Source: Utricularia gibba (Eukaryota > Plantae > Magnoliophyta). From it: a stretch of DNA of 64,000 nt. Within the stretch, counting starts at the first letter, position 1; each line of letters starts with the position of its first letter. The notes under the pieces were generated by a model. That model worked only from the letters and a program-made list of their open reading frames with translations, was not told where the DNA came from and ran no database searches. Shown here one piece after another: positions 11,971-23,536 of this stretch. Made by a program: the position numbers and the translations under genes. The stretch spans positions 3,224,001 to 3,288,000 of the forward strand of contig NEEC01000008.1 of the NCBI GenBank assembly GCA_002189035.1. The letters are read 5' to 3'.

Positions 11971-14190
11971 TCACATGACAAAAACAACAACCGGGCTTCG
12001 GACAACGTGGCGTGAGGAGGTCCACGTGATGGAACCATGTAGAGTGGCGCCTGTCTGAGCGTTCTCCCGCCGTGTGAACGTCACCTGATACTGTAGCTTC
12101 TGGTTCACTTCCGAGAACTCAAGGCTGCTGGGCTCCACCTTCATCTCCACCTCCGGGAAGGGGCGAAAGTGGGCATTGTAAACCTCGTTGGCCTCCCCGA
12201 CGTTGGTAACCGTCCGATTGAATGTTAGAGACTCGGCGCTTCTCGCGAATACAGAGAATGAAGGGTAATTGAGCTCTGCTTCTGCTATGCTTGAGATGTC
12301 TGAGCAGTTCACGTCACGGTTAGCGATGATCTTGACTTGCAGATTGGTGTAGTTGAGGCCGCAGAGATATCGGAGGTAATCTTCGGGCTGGAGGTCGTAG
12401 ATGAGTCCAGGGTCTGTGGCTTTGAGGATATTCACATGTCCTGAGCCTGTGGCGAAGGCGTTTGCTGCGGTTAAGGTCTCTCCTACTAGTATTTGTTCGC
12501 CGCCGAGATTCAGTTGATCGGCGGTGGTCATGAGGGCGGACTTGATGGCCGCCGGGGACCATCTGGGGTGGGTGCTCTTGATCAAGGCGGCTGCGCCTGT
12601 GAGATGCGGGCAGGACATTGAAGTTCCTGATATGATGTTGAAGTTGGAATTCGTGTCATACTTGTTCTCTACGGATTCGTGCCAGGCGGCGAGGATATTG
12701 TGGCCGGGGCCGATGATGTCGGGCTTCAGAATGCCGTTGCTGGGGTGATTTGGTCCCCGGGATGAATAGGAAGCAACGACAGGGGCGGTGCGATCGCCGA
12801 TTATAGTTCCCCGGAAGGATATCCTTGCCGTGGGAGATGATGTCGAGTTAATGTAAGCTATGAGTTTTTGACCATCGGAGTAGCTGATATGAGTAGCCGG
12901 TAAAACGTTATTGCTTGAGAAAGTCGTATACCCTTCAGATCGTCCGTTCATCAGAATCATTCCGGCGGCGCCGGCGGCCTTGGCGTTTCTGCTTTTCATT
13001 ACTCTGCTTATGAATCCTTCTTGACAGACTACGATTTTCCCCTGTACGGTGGCGTTACTGAATGCAAGGCAGTATCTTGCTGCGGCACTTCCCGAATACC
13101 CTGGAAAAAACAGGGGCAGATCAGGGGAAGTGTAATCGCCGGGCTGGTAATTTGATTCACCGTTCAATTCCTCCGAATTCCCGAGGATAGTGGTGGCCAC
13201 GATCCTCCGATCGATGGTGCTTGCCCCCACGGTGAGCATCCATGGAGCGCCGTTTTGTACTGTTCCAGAGGCAGGACCACTGTTTCCGGCTGATGCGCTC
13301 ACAAGAATACCCCTTTCAACCGCACGGAACGCGGCGACGGCGATGTTCTCATTGTAGAAGAACGATTTCGCCGGGCCGCCGAGAGACAGGGAAATGATGT
13401 CAATGCCGTCGTCGATGGCGGCGTCAATTGCAGCGAGAATGTCGCTCTCGGAGCAACGTTGAAGGCTGCACACTTTGTAACTAGCAATATGAGCCCGGGG
13501 AGCAATTCCCACTGCCGTTCCGTTTGCATTTCCGAAAACATTCGCACCCACCACAAAATTCCCTGCCGCCGTACTCGAAGTGTGTGTTCCGTGCCCATCT
13601 TGATCCACCGCCATCCCGTTTCCGATCGTGAAAAACCTCGCTCCGATCAGCTTATTGTTGCAGGCCAAAGAAGAACCTAAATCGCATCTCCCCTTCCACT
13701 TCCCCGGCGGCGGCGCCATCCCCTCATCGGCGAACGATGGGTGATTCGGAGTCACCCCTGTATCCAACACTCCGATGATCACTCCATCCCCGTAATTCGA
13801 ATCCACCCAAATCCCATCAGCGTTCACATTCAGTCCAAGGAAGCCGGGAGAGTGAGTGGTGTGGAGATCAAAAACCTCCTCCACCTGAGCCGAAATGAAC
13901 CCAGACATTTTCTCCATTCCCCTGATCTCCTCCGCCGTCAACCTAGCCGCAAAGCCACTGAAAACATTCCGATACGAGTGAACTAATCTCGAAGAATCAA
14001 CCGTAGACGACGCCGCCGCCACCGTCCCCGGCAAGAACCCACCGTACCATGCCTCCAAATTTTCAGCATCGCTGAGACCAAGCGCGGACACAGCAGGCGG
14101 CTCAACGTGCACAATATACACCTCAGAGTTGCCCTGAACAGCACCAAGAAGAAGACTCGAAGCAATCAAAACGGTGAGATAGAAGTTCAT
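11971..14190 (-). CDS. Subtilisin-like serine protease (SBT1/P69-like), intronless, copy A
   Basis: Signal peptide MNFYLTVLIASSLLLGAVQG (first ATG 14190; the track start is a TTG), I9 prodomain, LHTTHS processing site, triad GVLDTG / HGTHT / GTSMSCPH, oxyanion Asn SAGNSGP, PA and Fn-III regions. Confidence 0.95.
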   Translation of the reverse strand: MNFYLTVLIASSLLLGAVQGNSEVYIVHVEPPAVSALGLSDAENLEAWYGGFLPGTVAAASSTVDSSRLVHSYRNVFSGFAARLTAEEIRGMEKMSGFISAQVEEVFDLHTTHSPGFLGLNVNADGIWVDSNYGDGVIIGVLDTGVTPNHPSFADEGMAPPPGKWKGRCDLGSSLACNNKLIGARFFTIGNGMAVDQDGHGTHTSSTAAGNFVVGANVFGNANGTAVGIAPRAHIASYKVCSLQRCSESDILAAIDAAIDDGIDIISLSLGGPAKSFFYNENIAVAAFRAVERGILVSASAGNSGPASGTVQNGAPWMLTVGASTIDRRIVATTILGNSEELNGESNYQPGDYTSPDLPLFFPGYSGSAAARYCLAFSNATVQGKIVVCQEGFISRVMKSRNAKAAGAAGMILMNGRSEGYTTFSSNNVLPATHISYSDGQKLIAYINSTSSPTARISFRGTIIGDRTAPVVASYSSRGPNHPSNGILKPDIIGPGHNILAAWHESVENKYDTNSNFNIISGTSMSCPHLTGAAALIKSTHPRWSPAAIKSALMTTADQLNLGGEQILVGETLTAANAFATGSGHVNILKATDPGLIYDLQPEDYLRYLCGLNYTNLQVKIIANRDVNCSDISSIAEAELNYPSFSVFARSAESLTFNRTVTNVGEANEVYNAHFRPFPEVEMKVEPSSLEFSEVNQKLQYQVTFTRRENAQTGATLHGSITWTSSRHVVRSPVVVFVM

Positions 14191-15225
14191 CTGATCTCCC
14201 CTGCACAGAAAGACTAGCAATGGAGACAGACAGCAAGGGGGGTCTTCACGCCATTACCGCCAGGGGATGGAGCAATCATCGAACAGGTCCGTGGGAACAC
14301 GACGACGTCTTGGTTGTATTGAGAAAGATGTGGCAGAGGTGTTCCTAACAACCAACCACATGCTTTGACGGCAAGGGGTTCGTCGTTGTCAACACTCAAA
14401 CACCAATTATCGATGTCGTGCCCGGGACTTGTTCATTGCTTATGGATACTACTTATCGATGTCGTGCCATATGAACTATTAATGCGATAAATTAATTAAT
14501 TAATAATCGATTGAATCTAATTTTTTAAAATATAATTCATGTTTATGAAGGATTGATAATGTTTGTGACTTCAAAGGAAAGATCTTAGGCAAATCCCATA
14601 TTGATCAAGAATAGAGAAAATAATGAGATTAAGAAAAGTTACCATGCAAATCTAGCATGATGCATTTTCCCCAATATGCCAAAGTATCCTTCACAGTGTT
14701 TGTCAAGGGTAATGTGAGTATGGACGACCCCCTAGAAAGTCGAACGGTACATGAATAAAATGTAAAATCGTGAGAATTGAATCGTTACAATGTTTCCATC
14801 TTATCATTAATTTCAACAATTACTAATTGAGAAAAGGTCAGCAAACTAATGCCAATTAAAAAAAGGAATTATTTAATAGAATTACATTGTTGAAATTAAA
14901 ATATAATTTTAGTTTAAAACCGTAAATAATCTGTTGAAAATGTAATAATTATTAAATGGAAAATATAAAAGATATAAAAGTTGGGTAAAATTTATCATAT
15001 TTTATTAGGATCAATCAGCCTATTTTCCACATATTCTGATTCTTATTTTTTTTATTTTCAAAATGAAAAATTAATAGTTTTACAGACTATTAATTCTTTT
15101 TGCATAATGAAAAATTCTTTTTAGAGAGAAAAAATTATTATTTTACTGGAAAATAGAGATATGAAAGTAGGGTAAGGGTTCGTGTCCTCTTATTACAACG
15201 TGACAAACATTGGAGAATCTTTTTC

Positions 15226-17409
15226 TCAAGTTTCTGGTTGAAAATTAACAAAGGCAGCAAGCGGGCTTCTAACGGAGTGGTGAGGAGAGGTCCACGTGAT
15301 GGAACCTTCCAGAATTTCGCTTGGAGCATCGGCATGGGGACTGAACGTCACGCTGTAGGTTAACTTCTGGTTCTTTCTCGAGAACTTGAGGGTGGTGGGC
15401 TCAACGGCGATGTCTAGGGTCGGGAAAGTGGGGGAGACTCGGGCGGTGTAAACTTCATTCGCGTTGCCCACATTGGTCACAGTTCTGTTCAGAGTCCGGC
15501 GCCCGTGGAGGAGTAGCACGGCGATTGAAGGATAGTTGAGATTGGAATCCGGGATGCTGGAGATTGCCGAGCAATTCACCGCACGATTGGCGATGATGCC
15601 GACTTCTTGGTCTGTGTAATTGAGGCCGCAGAGATAAGGGACATAATCGGCGGGATTGGTCTCGTAGATGAGCCCCGGATCTGCTGCCTTCTGGATGTTG
15701 AGATGGCCGGAGCCGGTGGCGAAGATGCTGGCTCTGGATAGGTCGTATCCGTCCTGGATTGGTTTTCGGGCCAGGTTGAATTGATCAGCCGTGGTCATTA
15801 GGGCAGACTTGATGGCGGTTGCAGACCATTTCGGGTGAATGCTTTTGAGCAATGCCGCGGCGCCGGCAAGATGGGCGGATGCAAATGAAGTTCCTGATTG
15901 GATGTTGAAGTTGGAGTTTGTGTTGGAGATATTCTCGACTGATGTGTCCCAAGCGCCCAGGATATTTTGACCGGGGCCGATGATGTCTGGCTTGAGAAGG
16001 CCTTGGCTATGGCGGTTTGACCCCCTGCTGGAATACGAAGCGACCACCGGAGCGCTGCGATCCCCCACTATGCTTCCTCCGAAGGATATTCTTGCGGTTT
16101 TCGGTTTTGAGGTTGAGTTGAGATAGGCGATGATTCTCTGACCATCTGCATAGCTGAGTTGAGTTGCCGGTAGGATATGATTGCGGGAGCGGATCGTATA
16201 GCCCCTGTCTTGGTCGTTGAAGATAATCATCCCCGCCGCACCGGCGTTTCTGATATTTTCCGGATTAATTGACCAATCTTCTTCACATACTACAATTTTA
16301 CCTCGGAGTAACGTTGTGTTTGTGAATGAGTCATCGCAATTTCCATCAGGGAAAACAAGGGGCAGATCCTTTGATGGGTAATCTCTGGGTTGATAATTTG
16401 ATTCACCGTTCAATTCAATCGAGTTTCCGAGGACCGCGGTTGCTCTGTTTCTCCGATCGATCGTGCTTGCCCCAACGGTTAACATCCACGGGGCACCGTT
16501 ACGAACGGATGGGCGTCCTGGACCTCTGTTTCCGGCAGGTAAGCTAACAAGGATACCCCTTTCGGCTGCGCGAAACGATGCAATGGCAAGCCTGTTGTCG
16601 TAGAAACCGAAGGTGGGTCCGGCACCAAGCGGCATGAGAATGATGTCTACACCATCGTTGATCGCCGCGTCAACGCCGGCGAGGACATCGCTGTCCGAGC
16701 AACTGCTGGTGGTACACACCTTGTAGCTAGCAATATGAGCTCGTGGAGCTACTCCGGCGGCAGTTCCGTTTGCAATCCCAAACACATTCGCACCCTGCAC
16801 GAAATTCCCGGCGGCAATACTCGAAGTATGGGTACCATGGCCGTCTTCGTCAACCGCCGTGCTATACTCTGTCCCAAAAAACCTGGCCCCAATAAGTTTA
16901 TTGTTGCACTTATAAGGAGAAGGCAAATCGCAACTCCCCCGCCACCTACGCGGCGGCGGCGACATCCCGTCGTCAGCGAAAGACGGGTGGCTTGGAGTCA
17001 CCCCACTATCCAGCACGCCGATAATGACCCCCCTTCCGTAATTAGAATGTTTCCAGAATCCCCCTCCATTTTGGCTGAGTCCAAGAAATGCGGGGGAGCG
17101 CGTCGTCTGGAGCTCGAGATTCTGATCGACGCGAGCCGAAATGAACCCAGGAATATTCTCCATTTCCTTAACCTCCGCCGCAGTCAGCCTCGCCGCGAAG
17201 CCACTCAAAACATCACGATACGAGTGAATTAAACGGGAAGAATCCCCCGCCGGCAAGAATCTCCGGTGCCATTCCTCCAACTTTTCAGTGTCGGGAGGCG
17301 GCGACTCGACGTGGACAACGTAAATATCCTGGCGGCTTCCGACGGTAGAATGAAGAAGAAGACTCAACGCACGCAAAAAGATTACTAAGAAACGCCTTTG
17401 AATTCCCAT
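15226..17409 (-). CDS. Subtilisin-like serine protease (SBT1/P69-like), intronless, copy B, with a divergent catalytic-Ser motif
   Basis: Likely start MGIQRRFLVIFLRALSLLLHSTVGS at 17409 (TATA-like CTATAAAG about 45 bp upstream), LQTTRS, GVLDSG / HGTHT / GTSFASAH, PAGNRGP. Confidence 0.92.
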   Translation of the reverse strand: MGIQRRFLVIFLRALSLLLHSTVGSRQDIYVVHVESPPPDTEKLEEWHRRFLPAGDSSRLIHSYRDVLSGFAARLTAAEVKEMENIPGFISARVDQNLELQTTRSPAFLGLSQNGGGFWKHSNYGRGVIIGVLDSGVTPSHPSFADDGMSPPPRRWRGSCDLPSPYKCNNKLIGARFFGTEYSTAVDEDGHGTHTSSIAAGNFVQGANVFGIANGTAAGVAPRAHIASYKVCTTSSCSDSDVLAGVDAAINDGVDIILMPLGAGPTFGFYDNRLAIASFRAAERGILVSLPAGNRGPGRPSVRNGAPWMLTVGASTIDRRNRATAVLGNSIELNGESNYQPRDYPSKDLPLVFPDGNCDDSFTNTTLLRGKIVVCEEDWSINPENIRNAGAAGMIIFNDQDRGYTIRSRNHILPATQLSYADGQRIIAYLNSTSKPKTARISFGGSIVGDRSAPVVASYSSRGSNRHSQGLLKPDIIGPGQNILGAWDTSVENISNTNSNFNIQSGTSFASAHLAGAAALLKSIHPKWSATAIKSALMTTADQFNLARKPIQDGYDLSRASIFATGSGHLNIQKAADPGLIYETNPADYVPYLCGLNYTDQEVGIIANRAVNCSAISSIPDSNLNYPSIAVLLLHGRRTLNRTVTNVGNANEVYTARVSPTFPTLDIAVEPTTLKFSRKNQKLTYSVTFSPHADAPSEILEGSITWTSPHHSVRSPLAAFVNFQPET

Positions 17410-17761
17410 ATCTTCTACCACTTTACGAAAGTAACTGCACCAAGCACCCACTTTATAGGCCCAAATGGATAACAACGACATGGTAAATTACCATATTGTC
17501 CTCACCGGCAGGCAAAATTTTTTCTCTCCCTCCACCTCAAAACCAGCACATTGTCCACTTCATTTATTTCAGTGGTCTTCTTCGCCGGCTGGATGTGTTC
17601 AATAGAATTACCAGAACGCCCTCAACCATCAGTAAGATGTACGAGAACTATAATTGAATTTTTCTAAACTTTATTTTTTTTTATATATGCAAAAACATGG
17701 CGTTAGAGTTGGCTTCTTAACGATTTTCGTGAACCGTCATTTTCATAAACGGTCGTTCGCT

Positions 17762-18158
17762 ATCTGTTCAAAATTCAAATTTTAAATTAAATTGAAACTG
17801 AAACCAAACCGTATGATTTTGATTCAAATCGAAATCGGAACAAAACGATTTCGGCCTCCCATAACATATGTTAAAAATATATAGAAATGATACTGAAAAA
17901 TAAAAAAAATATTTTTTAAACATCTATACAAAATATTATAAATCCCTGAAAAATACATTATTCTTTTAAATATTTTTTCAAACTATTATGAAAACTGTTA
18001 AAATCAATTGGAATCATTAGACATCCATAATGTTCATATGAGTGTCTGATAATTAATTTTCTATTTTCATAAATCTTTCACACATTCTTAACAGATCATG
18101 TTTGTTACTTGAACTTAATCAAATCAAAACCGAAATTAAGGTTTCAATTTGAACAGAT
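17762..18158. mobile_element. Degenerate MITE-like element (hAT-like AAACCG-rich ends)
   Basis: Inverted repeat ATCTGTTCAAA (17762-17772) / TTTGAACAGAT (18148-18158), with AAACC/AAACCG motifs inside both ends and an AT-rich core; no clear target-site duplication. Confidence 0.3.
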
Positions 18159-19287
18159 TACAACTCTTCTCAATGGCCCCTAGGTATGTATGTAAATACA
18201 CTCCTCTCAACTCATGAGTCATGTAGAAAGCCAAAGCCCATGTGGGTGACACGTGGTAAGGGAAGACCTCACGTGTTCCTTTGTCTTCCTTACATTTCAA
18301 ACCCAAGATAAAAAAAAATGGATCTTTTACTTTTTTTTTTGTAATAATGTTGCTGAAAAAAAAGTTACAATTTGTTAGAAAAAAAATACGTTGCTTTTGT
18401 TCTTATGCAGAATCAATTGTCCTCTGAGTTGTGTCGGTGGGCCGACAAGAAGAACCCAAGTGTCAGTGTCTGGGCGGGCCCAGAGGTGTAAGGCCCGTCA
18501 AGTTTCTGAATTTCAGCTTCCTCGCCAGTTACCCAAGGAATTTTTTACCGTCATAATTAATAAATACAAAAATTATAATTAAAAAACATATCTAGAGATT
18601 TTAATTCGCCCTATTTTGCAAATCCATTTTTAATTTATAAGTTTGGTTTTTAAAACTTATTAAAATTACGAAACACTTCTAAATTTTTAGTTTTTTTTAA
18701 ATAGAACTCGTTCATATTTAATAATAAAATTGATTGTGAAATATTTTTTAGAAATATAAAATTGTTGCAAATGTTTGATTGTGTTTGATATAAATTTTTG
18801 AAAAATGCAACTATTTAAAAAAAAGAAAATTGAAATTATGTATCTTATGAAAAATAATGATCATTTATTTGATAATAAAATAAGTCTAGTGTTTTTTTAT
18901 TAATTATTGAATGTACTTGCCTACCTATCCTCAGTATACAAAATGAATTAATTATTATGTCTAGGGTTTTTTTAGGGTTTTAATGTGGAGTTGGAGAAAA
19001 ATAAGGGTTGTATTTAGGGTCGGGCATGGGTAAGTGGATCCGGGTCGTGCCGAAACAGCAACATTCAAATTTCTTGGCCGTCGTCAGTTCCTGCTCTGAC
19101 AAAATAATAAATGATTCCCCCCCTCTGAATTTCCGGCACTATTTCGAAATCCAGGCCATTTTTCTCTCTTGTCGTATCATCGTGGAGATTGGGATCTTCT
19201 ATTCATCTGTTCGCGTTATCTGCCTCGCGGAACAGTGAGCACCGCTTGTTCTTCGCGGCGTTGTGCCGACGGCGAGGTCGGTTGAAA

Positions 19288-22200
19288 ATGGAGGACGTTG
19301 AGGTGGAAGATATGGCGGTGGAAGAGGAGCAAGTGGAGTATACTTTCACCGTATATGAGGTTGATATCGATTACGAATTCGACGCGGTCCGTTTCTTCGA
19401 TTTCGTTCGAAGTGAGTCGCCTCTGGAGGCGCGGCAAGCGGAAGCATGGTTTGAGTCGGCCGGACGATACCCGCCCTCTCGTACGTTGTGATGTTTCTGT
19501 TTTAGTTGATGCTGGGCATGATATGGTTGATGGGTTTTGGTTACGTCGTTAGTCGAGGAGAATAAAGCTTGTATACTGCGCTTTGTTGGAGGAAGTCAGA
19601 AGTTGGAAGTAGAATTTATCTTCTGTTTGGCGCCTGATGCTATTTTGTTTCATGGACTAAACTCACTTTCGGTATTGTTGATTCCTCTGTAGATTTTGCT
19701 TTGAAGTTGGTCACTAGAAATGGAGATATGATGGGCAACGTCAGTGTCTTCCCCAAATCGAAGGATTTGGAGGGCATGTGCTTGATGAGTAATGACTCCC
19801 ATTTTGGTGAGGAAGAAGAAACTTCTCCCATCAATGCGAGAATTAAAGGTGATAAATAATAGAGGCGTCTCTGCCCCTCATGCTCGGAACACAGCTTACT
19901 GACGTACAATTAGAAAGAAGAAAGAAGCCTCTCAATGATCATATGTACCTGCTGCATGTGCTAATATATGTGTTATGTGCAGGCTTAAGCACGCGTAATC
20001 AAGTGGCCGAGTACGCTAATGAGAATATCCAACAAAAGTCAACTTTGAAGTCATCGTTGGCTAGGCGCTCAACTCTTATGAAGCCAACTATGAGCCAATT
20101 GGCAAAGAAGAGCCAGCCTCTTCGGGCCACTTCCTCTAGGTTATTTTTCTTTCTCTTAGTTTATTAGAAATTGGGAGGCATCCAAAGAACATAGCAGGAC
20201 TTGGTTAGGGTTTCCTTCCCTCAAAGAAGAGTCATATTTTGGTCCCAGTGTTGTGGTCTTCAGGCTTATTTTTAAGTCAAGTCTAGTTTACCGTTGATGT
20301 TGGTGTGTAAATCAGATGAGTACAAGGTGCTTTCTTCTAATTCCAGGTCAAGCAATTCTACTAGGATAAAACCAGATAAGAGCCGGACAGTTGTGCTTGG
20401 GAATGAGAATCAAGAAACCAAAAGACAAAAACTGGAGGGTGGATTTCTTCGAAAGGTTGTTTTGATCTCTTTCTTTGGATACTTGAACTGCATGAAACTC
20501 CATATATGCTACGCTTCAGCAAATTTAAGTGATATTTTCTAGCTTTGTGGTCCACATTTATGTGTAATGTCAATTATTGTGTGTTACTGCTAAACCTATA
20601 AGTGCTTAATGTGTTGTTACAGAAACAATAGAATCTTGCAGATTGTGGTGTGTATTTAGTATTTATCGTCCAGGGTTAATTTAGTCGATAAAAACAGGTT
20701 CAGGATCCTGTACAGATGCAGCAAACCGATTTGGTTCACAAAACACCAAAGCGGGTATGTAACTTAGTGCTTCCCTTATGATCTCGCAAGATGCAATGCT
20801 TATTCAATCATCTCTTGTAAATAGTGAATATGAGGTTCAATTTTTCATTTTCCCAAATTGTCTTGCTCGTACAGCGCTATGGCTGGTCCAAGTGAAAAGA
20901 AATGTATGGTTTCTATTGCAGAGAAAATCTTAACCTGTGTTCATCTCAACAGGAAGGATTACTTTCTAGAGGCACTCCCCGTCATAAGTCAGCAATCACT
21001 GTCCCTAGGGAGCCAGACCTTGCAACTACACTCCGGGCTCAAAGGATAAGGTCGTGCTTTTTTAATCTTCAGTATGCCGTTTTTCTCATCTAAGGCCTAA
21101 AGTGTTTTGTTCTTTTTCACCCCAGGCCCAAAGGTAATGCTGAGATCAATAATAGGCCGTCAATAGTTAGCAGATTCAAAGCTCTCCCACTGAATCGGAA
21201 AGTTGGTATCTTCGAATTATAAATTGATGTTACTTTGTTAATAGTCATATAAAGTGAAGCATGTTTTCTGCAGATCCTTGAAGCTCCTTCATGGATTCCC
21301 AAGAAGAGTGCTTCTCATTTACCAAATTTTCAAGTGAGTGCATCCATGATAAGGCTTTTATGCTTTATATTCTATGGAATGACCTTGAAAACCAATGTTC
21401 TGTTATGGCATTGTTTTGTTTTACTCCATATCAGGAATTCCACTTAAAAACCTCAGAGAGGGCTTCCCAGAAAAGCTCAACTTCTTCAAAAACCTCAGCC
21501 TGTCTTACTGATGAGGTTCGGGTTTTTGTGTGTCTGCATATTATGGTAACCAACTATCTAACTGCGATACCAAAACATCATCACAGACGATGTCCAATGC
21601 AAGTACCTTAACATTTGAAATGGGGAATAAAGAACCATCTAGGTATGTGATCCTCATTTGCCTTCTGTGGACCGTGACCACGGTCCTGCTTACCCATTGA
21701 AGTTGGGATGCTTTACTAATCGGCTTCTGGTAACCAGCATTAGAAACTTGTCAAGGCAAGAAAGCTGTCAACCATCACATAATTTCAAAGCCCTTCCCCT
21801 AAACAAAAAGGTAGCCTTTGTATCATTGATTGCTTCCAAAACCCCTGAACAAAGATTATAACATGAGCTTCGGCTTGCATTCTTTCAGGTATTTGCCAGC
21901 AGGGGTGATCTTGGTCTTTCCCGCATCATCAAGAAGGAAGCCACAGTGCCAGTGGTACCTAATCTCTGGAATATATTTACAAAGTATTGCCTTTATCATC
22001 ATGTCTCAGTAGCATCATAGCATCGCACAGGAATTTAATTTTCATTGTGGGAAGAAATCTCATGCTGATCCCCCAACCGAACTCTTCCACAAAGTGAGTT
22101 TCTCCATCTCTTCTCTCTGAGCAATCCATCCATTCACGACTTCCCTTTGTTCTTCATAGCTCTCTTTGGCACCGGAAGCACAGCAATCCGCACCCAAACT

Positions 22201-22470
22201 GAAGGTTCCTGCCATTTCTCCATTACCGAAAGAGCCGTTGTCTCTCTTTTCTCCCTTTAAAAACTAGCTGTAACTTGTTTGTTGTGTCTATATCAAGGGC
22301 CCTAAAGAAAACAGATGGAGTTCACACCAGCAACGGAGCGAGGTAATTCTGCTAACCCGCCGCACATTTCTGAAGAACCACTCCTTATTGAACCACTGCA
22401 GATGAAGCAAACGGGAACCCAGAAACTCCCTGTTGGACCAGAACAACAACCCAGTGGACACAACTGGTGA
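19288..22470 (+). CDS. TPX2-like protein (TPXL2/3-type: Aurora-binding and TPX2_importin domains), many small exons
   Basis: N-terminus YEVDIDYEFDAVRFFDF...AEAWFESAGRYPPS; STLMKPTMSQLAK; ITVPREPDLATTLRAQRIR; EFNFHCGKK..DPPTELFHK|LSL; GPKENRW. The stop at 22468-22470 comes from the simplest splice model and is uncertain. Confidence 0.8.
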
Positions 22471-23487
22471 CGGAGGAGCTCTGCTTCCCGTCCCTGCAGA
22501 ACTTAGGCAGCCGCCAGCTCAAAATCCACGGCGGCAGGAAGATGCGAGGATCTGCAAAGAGGGAGGAGTGGGGGTGGCGGGCATCCCTTGTACTTTTCCC
22601 GATACCCAGCGTTTTCAAAATTCGAAACCTAAAAGAGATGAAAAGCGACCAGACAGAGGGCAAGTTGCCGGGACAGGTAACTGTTTCTGGTCTGTGTTCT
22701 TCCGTTTGACTTTCTCGTCATCATCCCGATCCCCGCCAAAACCTTCCCGCCAAATTCCCGACACGATTAAATAAAATAAAGATCAAGAGGAAGGCGGCTG
22801 CCAGGTCGGATCGCACCAACACCCGTTAAATAATTAATGCAAATGAGATGCGTTTCTGAAAAACGAAAATAAATACATATTCAGATATTTTGAATTAGGT
22901 ATCAATTTAATGATCCCCATATTAACGTTATACTACCTCATTTATTGTTTTTTAAATTTTTGAAAAATTAATTATAAATGTCACGAAAATGGTATTAAAA
23001 GCATATAGTAACTTAAAGCAGTAATTTTTTACTTTATTTCTTCTTTCAGGAAAAGAAAATTGGTTTTTAAGAAAATTTAATAAAATAATATAAATATTTT
23101 ACATTGGTGGAATTTAAAAATAATAAAAAATTGTGGGCTGGGTGCCCCGTTGTCGCGTGCTTGACGCGCAAGGCGGTGGCCCCACTTTTGACGTTCCGAT
23201 TGAAAAATAGCGTACATCACGGCATGACAGAAATTTATTAAAGCTCTTTTCTTAATTATTATTTTTAAAATAGCTAAGCAGAGTTGACCATCTAGATTCC
23301 ACGTAGCACATACTTCATTACTTAAAAAAATAGTATTTATTGTAATTGGCGATATTATTAACATAAAAAGAATATTTATTTCCTTGTAAAAAAGGGAATT
23401 GTATATTCGAATTTGTTAACTAAAGAGGAGATCCGATAGGGTTTCCTTTGTTATCCGTGGATCCATCTTATGCTTATGGAAGGAACA

Positions 23488-23536
23488 GATCCGATACCCC
23501 GAACCAAATCCAGAATCCGAATCCGAATCCGGATCT
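23488..23536. repeat. Short tandem GAATCC repeat (possible hAT-like subterminal relic)
   Basis: GAATCC x3 at 23513-23530, flanked by degenerate AAATCCA, GATCCG and GGATCT units. Confidence 0.5.

Noticed and set aside
14191-14220. Longer ORF-track start for subtilase A (and 17410-17481 for subtilase B)
   Set aside because: A's extension starts at TTG and B's spans its TATA-like box; the signal peptides begin at 14190 and 17409
12320-17232. Many 60-165 aa ORFs overlapping the subtilases
   Set aside because: Shadow or alternate-frame ORFs of GC-rich coding sequence with no domain motifs
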